Assembly (NCBI RefSeq): GCF_021869535.1
Contig: NW_026262668.1
Span: 85,932,001 to 85,996,000 of the forward strand
From: Mytilus californianus
Taxonomy: Eukaryota
Direction: 5' to 3'
DNA length: 64,000 nucleotides
Shown: piece by piece, positions 49,517-61,465 of the stretch
Numbering within the stretch: position 1 is the stretch's first letter
Layout of the letters: each line of letters starts with the position of its first letter
The notes under the pieces: generated by a model
Databases searched by the model: none
What the model was told of the DNA's origin: nothing
What the model saw: only the letters and a program-made list of their open reading frames with translations
Made by a program: the position numbers and the translations under genes

Positions 49517-51006
49517 CTACATTCTTGACCCCGAGTCGTTCAAAGCTTTTAGTAATGGAGACCTATTACGATAAGGATAACTGTTTCTTGCTTTTTTGCA
49601 ATCCCTACTAAAATGACCTTCTTTCCCGCAATTGTAGTAATTACCTCTTATAGGACTATTGTATCTTCTTTGTGGAGAAAAAGCCCGATCTGATCTCTGT
49701 GGTGACCTTGACCTCATATTCTGGCTAACTATGCTTAATACTTTTTTCACCATAATCTTTGTTTCTAATAAATCATCTTCTGTCTTCTGTAACCTTTTCT
49801 CGAAAATATTCATCGTATTTGTTCCTACTTCGGACTTCATAATTGCACGTACTGATGTTTCCTGTTGATCTTCGTTTTCATCATCTTGATCCATAAAAGA
49901 AACCCGTTTAATTTCTGTTCTTCTTGTACCCATTATAACTTTTTGATTTGCTACTGCACTTCGTACATGTTGTACCGCTTGATCTCGAGAATCCGGATTT
50001 TTGTCCATAGCAGTCAAAGCTGCACGCTTATCTTCACAACCTTTAAGAAAAGCATCTGTTGCCAAAGTTTGTACAAACCTATCTGGTGTGTCTGGATAGC
50101 CATCTGTAGCCAGCTCTTGTGCTCTTTCTGCAAATTCCTCAAAGGACTCTTCTTGGTCTTGTTTTAAATCTTGCAAAAGTCTTCTCACAATGTGTGGCGG
50201 TTCCTTTCTGCCAAACCGCTCATCCATCTTTTTACATAAGCCTTCATAATTAGTTTGTACTAACTTCGGTCTCGAGCTATAAAATTTTAAGCCTTTATCT
50301 CACAAACATTCTATCAATTTGTAAAGTCTTTGCTCACTTTACCATTTATATCTATCAGCTATAGTGCTAAATTGTAAATAATAAGTGCGCCAGTTATTTT
50401 TCCCATCATATGTTGACATCTTTGGTGCTGTTGGACCACCAAATTCTGAGTTTTTGGGATCATTAGCATTGTACTTTTCTTTCATTAATGGAACAGGACC
50501 ACTCTTTTCTTCTTTATCTGCTATGACTTTTCTACTTTAATCAATGTTTCTTTTTGTTGAAGTTGAGCCTGAAGCTTTTTTGAATATTCATTTATATCCT
50601 TTATTTCTTCATTTTGTGTTTTAATCATTTCTCTCATTTGTTCAATTTGCTCTTCTTTCTGTTTTGTATAAACGTCTCTTTGTTGTTCAAAAATAAGCCT
50701 TTATTTTTCTAGATGTGCTTTACTCTGTTCTGAATTTTTTATAGGACGTAGTGATTCAATGGTGTTTTGCCAGACCTGTTGACCGTCATCAGCATCTTCT
50801 GAGTCTCTTAAACAAATAATGTTCTCACTTAACAGTGCAGTCCACAATGATTGTGGTATTTCTGTTACCTCTTTTTATTTATCTAAACCAAGTAGGCCTT
50901 CTTTTTCTATCTTTGCAATTATTGCCAAGGCTCTAGTTTCACCAATATTTTAAATAGCTTTAAAATGTGTAAAGTTTTCTTTGTTTATATTTATAGGTTT
51001 TGCCAT
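49517..51006 (-). pseudogene. Gypsy gag with stops; HhH-like N-terminus and degenerate CCHC knuckle
   Basis: ATG at 51006 (MAKPININK...NIGETRALAII); STYDGKNNWRTYYLQF; LKQDQEESFEEFAER; YYNCGKEGHFSRDC. Confidence 0.85.
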
Positions 51007-51356
51007 TTTATCTTGACGCAATGTTTATAGATATGCGGTTTGTTTTTTAATGATTAACAGTGTTGCGGATTGTCAGTAAAACTGACACAAGGAATTTTGT
51101 CGTTTTAGAAAGTGAAAAATATCAAAGTCAGTATTGCCTATGAAAACAAATGGATATTTGGGAAATCAGTTGTCAGAAAGTCTGACATTAAATATCCATG
51201 ATTGTTATACTCATGAAAAGTGCAATGTTCTTTTTCAAAGGTATTATATTTATTTGATTTTTTTTGTTGTGACCAATTTTCCTTTTTTTCAAATTTGCCG
51301 CCACTATGTCGGTAAACACCGAGTGTCTCGAGTCGATTTAAAGTAGATTCGAACCG

Positions 51357-51369
51357 ACTTCTGACACCA
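51357..51369 (-). promoter_or_regulatory. Primer-binding site complementary to the tRNA-Leu 3' end
   Basis: Minus strand TGGTGTCAGAAGT, 1 nt after the LTR end (..TACAACA). It matches the recalled tRNA-Leu(CAA) 3' end ACTTCTGACACCA. Confidence 0.8.
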
Positions 51370-51370
51370 A

Positions 51371-51585
51371 TGTTGTATTGGTGCAATAATTAGATATACA
51401 TTTCTTTATAGCAGTTATAGTCTTCGTATATAATACGATGTAATGGCAGGAATCTCAGGACTGGAATCCAACACAACAGGATCAGCTGAGCTCCGGAAAT
51501 AATCTGCGAAGTGGCACAGTAGATAATTGGTTAAGTTCCAGTATCAAATCCGGTTATGATATCGTCTTTCCGGACCTTTACTACA
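51371..51585 (-). repeat. Putative 5' LTR (215 bp)
   Basis: Minus strand TGTAGTA...TACAACA terminal inverted dinucleotides, directly upstream of the PBS. No partner LTR was found to confirm it. Confidence 0.6.
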
Positions 51586-51689
51586 TAAATAATAATTATA
51601 ATGTCAATTTCATAAATTCAAGAATTATAACTAGAAAACGACCTTAAATACGATTTATGATTACCCATGTACATAAATTTATACAGATT

Positions 51690-52220
51690 TATCATTCCAG
51701 CAGCGCCTGCATACGGAGTATACATCTCCCAATTGATACGATATTCCCGGGCTTGTGTTTCCTATCATGATTTCCTTGATAGAGGATTGCTGCTCACAAG
51801 GAAGCTATTAAACCAAGAGTTCCAAATGGTGAAGTTGAAATCATCCCTTCGTAAATTTTACGGACGCCATCACGAGTTGGTTGACCGTTATGGAATAACC
51901 GTTTCACAGATGATATCGGATATGTTCCTTATGTCGTAACTACAATACCCTTCCCTTTTCACGAATGTGACTTACCGAATTAGACTATTTACCGGATTTG
52001 TAATAACATAAGCAACACGACGGGTGCCACATGTGGAGCAGGATCTGCTTACCCTTCCGGAGCACCTGAGATCACCCCCAGTTTTTGGTGGGGTTCGTGT
52101 TGCTTAGTCTTTAGTTTTCTATGTTGTGTCATCTGTACTATTATTTGTCTGTTTGTCTTTTTATTTTTGGCCATGGCGTTGTCAGTTTGTTTTCGATCTA
52201 TGAGTTTGACTGTCCCTCTG
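51690..52220 (+). mobile_element. Penelope-like element 3' fragment (RT thumb end plus 3' UTR)
   Basis: IPAAPAYGVYISQLIRYSRAC...KFYGRHHELVDRY then a stop; no C-terminal GIY-YIG follows. Confidence 0.8.
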
Positions 52221-54154
52221 GTATCTTTCGTCCCTCATTTATCAAATTTTTATCTATAAGTTATATTCCGAAATACACAGACTTAGCTCTGATCGTTGGC
52301 CGTTCAGCGAACAATATTATATGAAATGCAGGATAATGTCAATCGAAAGCAAAAAAGAAAGATTTAATGTGTAGAATCCAAGCTTTCCTTAAATTCAACA
52401 TTCAAATTATTTTTTTGAAAACAGCAGCATACCTGTTTTGATTTATGAATACGACTGATGTACATAATATACCTAACAAGTCTCGGCAGCTTGCTCTCCC
52501 CGAGTGTAGAAGGTTTTTTATTCAACAACCCAACATGCTCAATCGAGATTGGTATCTTCTTTTTAAGCATTAGCACGCAGTATTAATGATTAAAGTTGGA
52601 ACATAGGTTTATTTGGCTCGAATTTACAACAATGTCTTCTGGTAGACATAACCTATTGCCACATACGCTCACCGTTTCAGTCTAGAACAAAGCAAAGCAT
52701 ATTCATGTCACTTGTAATGAACTTGTATGTGTTCCTCGACACAAATGTTAAAATATGTGAATTAAAGTTTACAATTGTAGCATAATAAACTGCATTTTCA
52801 CTGAATCCAGCTTTAATTTTCTTTTGAATCAGTTGACCATCTAAGTGGTGATCGATGTGTAATACTTGTCGCTGGACGTTATATAGTATTCAAGTAATCT
52901 GCGACGATAAAATCGATTAATGTATTTATATCAATCATTTACTGACAGTAAAAGACGTTTGAATGTAAAAGTATGATATAAATACCTTTCATTTAATATA
53001 ATTGCATATTTTTTTATCGAAATGAAAATGTTATAAACTGCTACCGGTTATTAGTATACGCAAGTTCGTTACGTTGTTATATAGCCCTTTTAAAAATTCC
53101 GAAAAATGATAGAGGAAAAAGAAATGTTCCCATGGGAAGAAAAAAGAGTTCCCTTGGAAAAAAAATGATGGAATAAGTACTTTTTCCCATGGGAATTCTT
53201 AAATTTCCCATGAGAAACATACTTTTAATCAGCTGTAGTGACAACAGTGACAACAATGATAACAGTGACATGTTGGGACATATGAGAAACTTTGTTTTTC
53301 TTAATCATCTATTTTTGTTATCTTGTAAAACAACAAAGTCAGATTCACCAATTCTGGAATGGCAAATTTGTGCCGCACATGGTTTATAAATGTTCGGTTT
53401 GTGCACGGAAGATAATATTTCTTAAATTTGTGCATGGATATATTATCTATTTTATAAATTTGGAATTACAGTCATCAAATAAAAAAAACTTAGTTAAATT
53501 TGGGATCCTGGAGCAGGTTCAATTTTTTTGTCGAATTCACATATTATTTGGAGATAATAAGCATTCAGTTTCCAACTATGCTTTAAAATGAATAAAAAAA
53601 ATAAACGCTATATGTATTGAACACATATTTAAAATTAATAATCTTTTAAATATTTTTTTAGACAGATGAAAGGTGAAAATCGTCATAAATTTATATTGGA
53701 CTTGAACTAGTTAATATAATGCTTAACATTTGGTTGCAATAGATTTTACTGAATCAAATATATAAAACATCTTTGAATTTCGTCAAGTTTGATTGTCAGC
53801 ATTCCTATTGGTTAATAACGAAAAGTGTCCTAGTGCAGCAAATGCATTGATATGGCTCGTTGTTATATAACAAGTCCAGTGTCTTCTTTTATAAAATAAG
53901 TTTTAGTAGTTGTGATAGTTTCATTTAAACACTTTAAAATCGTCTTCTGAATTTCGAATCTCAAATATAAATATTAAAATCCATTATTTCTATCTCTGTT
54001 TTCAAACTTTATACATGCATTGAATCTTGATTTTAGAGTGATCCTTCAAGACTTATAAACTTGAGATGTTTCAATGAGCTAATAACATTTAGTTGTTATC
54101 TTTAAAATCGTACTACTGTATTGTACATTCATATGAGTGTTTTTCGCAGATGAG

Positions 54155-54410
54155 AGAGTGTGCATGACCACAACCGGTATCCCGATCAGAAATCGCGGAA
54201 GGATCCGAATCCTGAGGAGTAATAAATGAAAAGTTTGTAACGGTGGGTAGGTAAATTCTGGATCCGATTCCAATTGAGGAATTATGGTTCAATGAAATCG
54301 GATCCGAATTTTACCTACCAAACGTTACAAACGTTTCATTAATTGCTCGTCGGGATTCCGATCCCTCCGCGGATTTTGGATCGGGATACCCAGTGTGATG
54401 ACAGTCGGCC
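54155..54410. mobile_element. Foldback MITE-like imperfect palindrome (~250 bp)
   Basis: GGTATCCCGATC..GTTTGTAACG..GGTAGGTAAA..GGATCCGATT pairs with AATCGGATCC..TTTACCTACC..CGTTACAAAC..GATCGGGATACC. Confidence 0.75.
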
Positions 54411-54442
54411 TCTGATTAATGCATTGCTATTTTTTGTTTTAG

Positions 54443-54546
54443 TTTGACGTGGTATGTGATGAAAAATTGTATAGAGCCCATTTTTTGATGGCTCACTATG
54501 TCGGACTTCTCATAGGTTCAATACTGTCTGGATTGCTAAGTGACTT
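54443..54546 (+). CDS. SLC22/organic cation transporter-like gene, internal exon (104 bp)
   Basis: ttttag|FDVVCDEKLYRAHFLMAHYVGLLIGSILSGLLSD(L)|gtaagt. The LVCD-type motif, G..SD motif and 104-bp size match SLC22 exon 2. Confidence 0.88.
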
Positions 54547-54933
54547 GTAAGTATACACGCTTTAAACTATGAACATACTATTCTTAGTGTATTTGTTTAA
54601 AAAGTAAAAAATGACCGTAAAGAATAATTCATACATGTGGGAAACAACAGTAGCCATTCTATGTTAAAAAATGTTTTTGAATGCGAGAAAAAACGAGAGA
54701 ACCACTAGAACTCAAAAGGGAACAAGACATTGATCATCGACATGGTACATGTAAGTGGTACAATTAATATTCATATAAAATGTAATATTCACAGTTCAAA
54801 ATATAGAAAAACAAATCAATAAACAGGTAATTTCACCAGGAAATGTATGTTTGGCTTTCAACTAAATAATGGGTACGAAACTTATAAATAAGACTTTTAA
54901 AGAATGTGTAATATATATTTATGTTTTTCTTAA

Positions 54934-55545
54934 GGTAGATGGGGTGTCTAAATTATAATCCATAGATTTTTTTAATAATTTGCCAAAATGTAGTTTATAT
55001 CAAGCTTTTTAAAAAAAAAATGATAAAAAGAATGGGTCACGGGGCTTATTTTCACGCTACAGGTTGTTCAAAATTAACAGATTTTGTATAGATTATGCAT
55101 AGAAAACCCAATTTTCTGCCATAAAACAAAAACTACACCATAGAATTTTGAGATAAAATATGAGAAGATAGCTTTAATATTATGCTTTCAGATAAGAAAA
55201 AGAAAAAATGGGGTCACCGGACTCGTTTTCTTGCTACATAATAAAATAGGTAAATTCCTAACACATTCTATTGTAAAAGTACCTTTATCTGAATTATCTG
55301 CCCTTACAGTTGAGTTGCCTCCCCTTATGTGGCAAAGTTGGAAAAAATTGAATTAAACAAAAGTTTTCTGTTTTTTGTAAAATACAACCATAAATATGAT
55401 AAAACATGTCATTTTCTATATTGAAATGAAAATTCTTACACATGAATTACCTACTACTCTCAAAATTGCACATTCTATTAAAGATCTAGACCGATTGTTT
55501 TCAGGTATTACAAAATCCAAGATGGAGGAAGACACCCTATCTACC
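54934..55545. mobile_element. Kolobok-like MITE (same TIR family as 34798-35291), in an SLC22 intron
   Basis: TTAA|GGTAGATGGGGTGTC ... GACACCCTATCTACC|TTAA. Confidence 0.85.
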
Positions 55546-56132
55546 TTAAGAAGGAGTATGAGCTATTCAACTCTTGAACACATATTTCTCACTCGTAAAT
55601 CAAGAAAAGTGCTTTAGATGGCCACATTTATTAAGTGTGTGTTTTTTTTTTATTCTTTACTTAAAATTTAAGTTCTGCTCCAAACTAGCAATCAGTAAAT
55701 GTTTATTAACCTACTCCCTTCTAAAAAAAATACAGAGATTGAACAATAACAGTATAGTATAAATATGATCTTTTTCTACAAGTCTTTGTTGACAAAAAGA
55801 AACATTTAAATGACAATTCAGAAATTTGTAAGCTCTATAATAACAGAAATTGAATTTCCACTTTGAATCATACTTACATATAAAATTTTACATCCGGTTT
55901 TTGTCATCGACTTCTGAGTTTGAATATTTCGTTGGTGCCTCTCTCTTCTCTTTTACATCTGAGATCAATTTTAGTAAACGATTTCATCAATTTTGTTTAT
56001 AGGGGGGAAAATGTGATAACGGAAATATTACGTACGAAAATGGAAATAAGAAAGAAAGATCGTACCGTTTATATATGTTTTGATATGAATAAGAGACAAC
56101 AGTAACTGAGGTTTAGAAATTGTCAAATAGAT

Positions 56133-57747
56133 ATAAGAAGATGTGGTATGAGTGCCAATGAGACAACTCTCCATCCAAGTCAAAATTTATAAAAGTAAAC
56201 CATAATAGGTCACAGTACGGTCTTCAACACGGAGCCTTGGCTCACACCGAACAGTAAGCTATAAAGGGCCCCAAAAGTTACTAGTGTAAAACCATTCAAA
56301 CGGGAAAAACCAACGGTCTAATCTATATAAAAAACGAGAAACGAGAATTACTTATGAACCACATCAACAAACGACAACTACTGAACATCAGATTCCTGAC
56401 TTAGGACAGGTGCAAACAAATGCAGCGGGTTTAAACGTTTTAATGGTACCAAACCTTCACCCTTTTTCTGAAACAATAGTGTAACATCACAACATAGAAA
56501 GACACACTATAAAATATCAACTGAAATAGCTTAACTCAATCAAAGGACATATTAACACCATTGAACATATACTGAACAAATAAATTTGACCTATGATACA
56601 ATGTAAATACAAAATAAATAAACTAAGGGAAGAATAATAAAAGTAACATGTCGGTAAGAAATGTTAAACAATTAAAGAAAAACAGTATGCTCGAACAAAA
56701 ATATCAGCCATTTGCAATAACTTTAAACACAGGTAAATGAAAATAATTGTGTTGTTATGTATACGTGTACAGTACCAATAGAGAAAGGAAATATTTTTAC
56801 AAAATAAATAATTTTGATGTTCATAGTACGAAGTGAAAATTTATAGTAATACCAAACACTTATCAAAGCTGGTATATAGACCAGATATAACCCTGAATAA
56901 CATTAAATAACAAAAAAGCAATACAATTAGTATCAACAGGTCAAATAAACAAGAAAGTACGATTTGAGAGTACTCGCAGTTACTGACAGCTAGTTAAAAG
57001 CCAAAACAATAAATAATAAAAAATCATGCAGACTAAAATCAACTAAAACACATCCCAGGGATTTAGTATTTTAACGTCATATAAATCTTTTCAGAACATA
57101 CAAATCAAGGTAAAAATAAAATCCGAGGGAATTACATGAACTCCAAAAAAGGAACGTGACCTGGTGCGTGGACAGGGAAAATGTCTCTCTCTTTGCATGC
57201 ATCACCTTCCATGGGAATTAACACACTCAGTCAAAATGTCATAATAGTGAAATAAGACACAATCGGTAAAAATTCTTATCAAAAGACTGAAAAATTTAAA
57301 AAAAAAAAGGATTATAAATCCCACAGATCATTATTAACGTTGGATATATTATTACGAGTGAGGCTGATAAAAAGCATTTGTGTGTGTGGTGTGTGTGAGA
57401 CGTTATATTTTTGTCGCATTGACGTATACCCCCATACCTCATTTCATTCATAATTAAATTCGAAGAAAGCTTTTTATTTTCATACAAGCCTGTTGTTCAG
57501 TGGTTGTCGTTTGTTGGTGTGGCTCATAAGTGTTTCTCGTTTCTCGTTTTTTTATATAGATTGGACCGTTGGTTTTCCTGTTTGAATTGTTTTACACTAG
57601 TCTTTTTGGGGCTCTTTATAACTTGCTGTTCGGTGTGAACCAAGGCTCCGTGTTGAAGCCATACTTTGACCTATAATTGTTTACTTTTTACACATTGTGA
57701 CTTGGATGGATAGTTGTCTCATTGGCACTCATACCACATCTTCTTAT
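56133..57747. repeat. Two inverted copies (56133-56386 and 57495-57747) of an abundant short interspersed repeat
   Basis: AAGAAGATGTGGTATGAGTGCCAATGAGACAAC... and its reverse complement. Related copies lie at ~36150-36270 and ~40030-40320. Confidence 0.8.
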
Positions 57748-58062
57748 TTATATATAGCACATTTTCAATATATATTTGATTTATCCGTTTATATTCATGT
57801 ATTATTGAAATTTTTAAATACCAGAAAATAAATCAAAGGAAATTCACATTGTTTAAATTAAGAGTTTACTCTTACATCATTACTTTCCATGTCAACTCTC
57901 TTGTTGATTATCGAATGTTTAGGCTTTGATAGTATTTTCCCGTCCTGCTGGCTTTCTTTTATTTGTATAATTCTTTACCAAGGACGTATAACTAACATCT
58001 AATATACGTCCTTGACTTTGCTAATATGAATAATAATCATAGTACACTTTGTTTATATTTAG

Positions 58063-58217
58063 AGTGGGACGGAAACCAACGATGCTAATAGGAATAGTTA
58101 TGCTGTTGTTTTCAATGGGACTCAGACCTTTCATGCCGTATTTCTCATTAGTGTCCATTCTCGAGTTCTTCAATGGTGCTGGTAGTATGATATCATACAT
58201 TTGTCCATTTATAATCC
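58063..58217 (+). CDS. SLC22-like gene, next exon (155 bp)
   Basis: tttag|(L)VGRKPTMLIGIVMLLFSMGLRPFMPYFSLVSILEFFNGAGSMISYICPFII|gtaagt; MFS GRK motif; phase compatible with the previous exon. Confidence 0.9.
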
Positions 58218-59010
58218 GTAAGTTATTTATTGTGTATATCTATGACATAACAATTCGATTAATTGTACATATATGTAGTCGTTGTAGTGCTATCAGAAAT
58301 AACATTCGTTAAAAAAAAAGAAGGCAAAATCTAATCCTATTAACAGAAACCGGGAAAAAAATGGGGAACATGTTTTATACCCACCTCGAAAATGCACATA
58401 TCCGTTTTTTTACACTTTAACCCAAAAATAGAATAAAAGAAATGATGAAACACAAAATACAGGCAACATTCGATTTTTTTTAGTTTTGGCATTTACTGTT
58501 AAAGGTGTCTTTACAAGCGGAGGTATTCCGTGATCACTTAGTCTAGATCACCTTATTCTAATTTTTGAATATATTTTCATTTTATTTTTTATCTGTTGTT
58601 CCTCATTGAGTTAAATTCATTAAGTTTTTTTTTTTGTATTTTCTAAATTTTATTAACATTCTACTCTACTACACTGACCACTACTTAGCATTAAGCAGCA
58701 AATATGCTGTTGAAGCTATAAAACATAGTCACATTTGAATCAATGTACTGAACATTTTTACCTCTTATAAATCCGCTGCATATGCAAAAACATTTGCCAC
58801 TGTAAATAATAAGCGATAAAGTAATCAGTTAATCATCTTATAAACTTGATACAGAATTCGCAAAGATAAGAACTTGCACAAAACATCAAGCAAACAAATA
58901 TTATGTGCAAATCATATTTATACTATCTAACTGCCGCTATGACCATTATCAACTTAGTGCAATAGATATATTTACTTTGCTCAAAATCAAAATAATGTTA
59001 TTTTATAGTG

Positions 59011-59134
59011 TTATTAACTGGCAGTTTCTGTATTGGATCTTTTATAGATTCGAAGTTATCTGTATTGGACCCGAGGGCCAATACAGCTGATCGAGAATCT
59101 ATAACAGGGCCAATACAAAAACAGCCAGTTCATA
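59011..59134. mobile_element. Long imperfect terminal palindrome of a non-autonomous element (body to ~59760)
   Basis: AACTGGCAGTTTCTGTATTGG...GTATTGGAC-CCGAG-GGCCAATAC...CCAATACAAAAACAGCCAGTT. Confidence 0.7.
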
Positions 59135-60297
59135 AAACTTTTATTAAATGATTGTAATTATTCTATTAAACTAAGAAACTTACCGTGTGAAGAAGATACA
59201 GAAATTCTTATCTGAACTTGTCTTTGCGCATTTACGATGGATTTTTTGTCAACATTGTCAGATGTAATTTCTGATTTCTCGTCCAAGTACTTAATCTTAT
59301 GCTATTACAATTCATTTTATCTAGCAAATAAAAAGTAGCTGGGAAGAATAAATCAGACAGTTTAACTATTGTTACTCTTGAATCGTCTGCGTTCTTATGA
59401 TTGATAAACGGAAATAAAACAGTGATGATAATCGAAAGTCGTACTCGAAAATGCTGTGAAATAATTACGTTTCAAGACGTTTCAAACATTGAACATCATT
59501 TAAAGATCTTTAAACCTTTTTTCATGATATAAAGTTAAAAAGATACAAATTTATTTTAAGCATAACGATACGTCCAAAGTTAAGAAAGCTTAGGCGTAGG
59601 AAAATTGAAACCGGAAGTGAACGTCCCGTATTAGCCCATGGGCCAATACGGCTTTTTCCGTATTGGTCCCCGTATTGGCCCTGTCCGAAAAGCAATATTA
59701 ACTCTTGATTTATATCGACAGGGCAATGTCATCAGTATTGCTCATGCTGATTTATCCGTGTTAGGGCTAATTTGCTCGTACCATTTAATCAAATATCTTA
59801 ATAAATGATATATAACAATATTAATAGAAAACTTGTATGAATGTAGACTAGTAATTTGATCTGGAAAGTAATGACATTAATATACTTTGATAAAGGGTAA
59901 GATGATCGAATGAGAGATATACTAGTAGTAAAGAAAATACCATTGAGAACCTGCAAAATCTTCGTTTGCATTACACAAATATTACAAGACTTGGCCATTT
60001 CCAAACCACTGAAACGACTACCAATATTTATGATACTGTATATAATTAGCCCACTGTATTTAAATATTAACCTTATTATTAGTCGTCTATAAAGTCATAA
60101 AGATACAAACCTAATACTAAATACACCAGACGCGCGTTTCTAATGAGTAATACATGGCAATCAAATCAAAATAATTTGAAGGCCAATCAAGTACTTAGTT
60201 GTAGATCAGATTGCAATGCACAAACAGAAACCACTCATGCAAAATTACATAAGTCAATTGGTTACAGTATTGAAAACTAATTTTGTTTTTCTTGTAG

Positions 60298-60466
60298 TTA
60301 CTGAAATGGTTGGACCTAAGCAAAGAATTCTTGCCAATTTTGCTGTATACGTAATATTCTGTACAGGAAACTATATTCTACTGTTGCTAGCATATTACTT
60401 GAGGGACTGGTCTGTTTTATTTTGGGTGATAACTATATTTGTAGCTACATACATGATAGTTATGTT
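60298..60466 (+). CDS. SLC22-like gene, next exon (169 bp)
   Basis: cttgtag|(L)TEMVGPKQRILANFAVYVIFCTGNYILLLLAYYLRDWSVLFWVITIFVATYMIVM|gtaagt; ExxGPxxR and YxxRDW motifs; phase compatible. Confidence 0.9.
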
Positions 60467-61300
60467 GTAAGTAAAATTGAAATTTCTTTTCATCATCAAC
60501 TAATTTTTATTAAAACAATTTTGACTGATGATTCATTAGCACAGTAAATATAAAGAGTATGTCTGTTAAGCATGATCCTTACTGATAATAATACAAACAT
60601 ATGATATCTGTTTCGATGCAAAAGACAAGTTTATCAAGAATTACCTTACTTCTACTGACAAATACATAACGCAAAAGTCACAAAACTAGAGACATGAAGA
60701 CTATAGACGCCTGAGCCGCTCACCTGGCAGTAATATGCAATGTTAAACTATTGACAACATTGAAAGTAATCTTTTTCAAACAGTATATTTATGCCGAGAT
60801 TTAAATAAGCATGTTAAAAAACCCATAAATTGACGATTTATGCGACTTGATTATCATGCATGATCTTGTTTTTCCGATCATATTAGCCGTATACAGTTTC
60901 TCCCTATCCGTAATGTGTTGCAGTGTAAACGTGAAAAATAAAACAAACGGGTTAAATAAAGTCGTTAAAGGCCAAAGTCTCTTAGGCTATTCTTTATTTA
61001 GGTCCCTTTAAGTCATAAAGCTCTCACGGTTTCTACGTATTTATATATTCTTGGCTTTCAAATCTTTGGGTTTGAGCGTTCGTGATGAAGGTAAATCAAG
61101 AAAAGCGCTTCGGACGCACGACATTTATAAAGTGACTATAACACACTTTCGAAATCGCGGGCATTTAGAGCATGGTTGAAAGAATGTAAACTATTGTATG
61201 ATGAAGTTTTGTAAAAGATTTTATGACTGGAGAATTTAAGGAAAGGCATTAGAAGTATCTTAAACATGAACTGATGTCAATATAACATTTTGAATTGTTC

Positions 61301-61465
61301 ACCGTCTGTTTCACTTAAACAGTGTCTTATATTCTGATCCTCAAATTTCCCCGTCTGTTTCACTTAAACAGTGTCTTATATACTGATCCTCAAATTTTCC
61401 CGCCTGTTTCTTTAAAACAGTGTCTTATAAACTGATCCTCAAAATTTCCCGTCTGTTTCACTAAA
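61301..61465. repeat. ~49-bp tandem repeat x3.5
   Basis: CCGTCTGTTTCACTTAAACAGTGTCTTATAxxCTGATCCTCAAATTT repeated. Confidence 0.85.

Larger units (their letters stand above)
44400..51585 (-). mobile_element. Decayed Gypsy/Ty3 LTR retrotransposon (5' LTR and PBS present, 3' LTR not found)
   Basis: gag-PR-RT-RH-INT order in frameshifted fragments. The left boundary is approximate. Confidence 0.92.

Noticed and set aside
51345-51369. tRNA gene fragment (GGTTCGAATC)
   Set aside because: It is explained as the retrotransposon primer-binding site; no cloverleaf is present.
58049-58312. Stand-alone 87-aa ORF (also 60216-60470)
   Set aside because: These are exons read through into intron sequence; the splice sites define 58063-58217 and 60298-60466.
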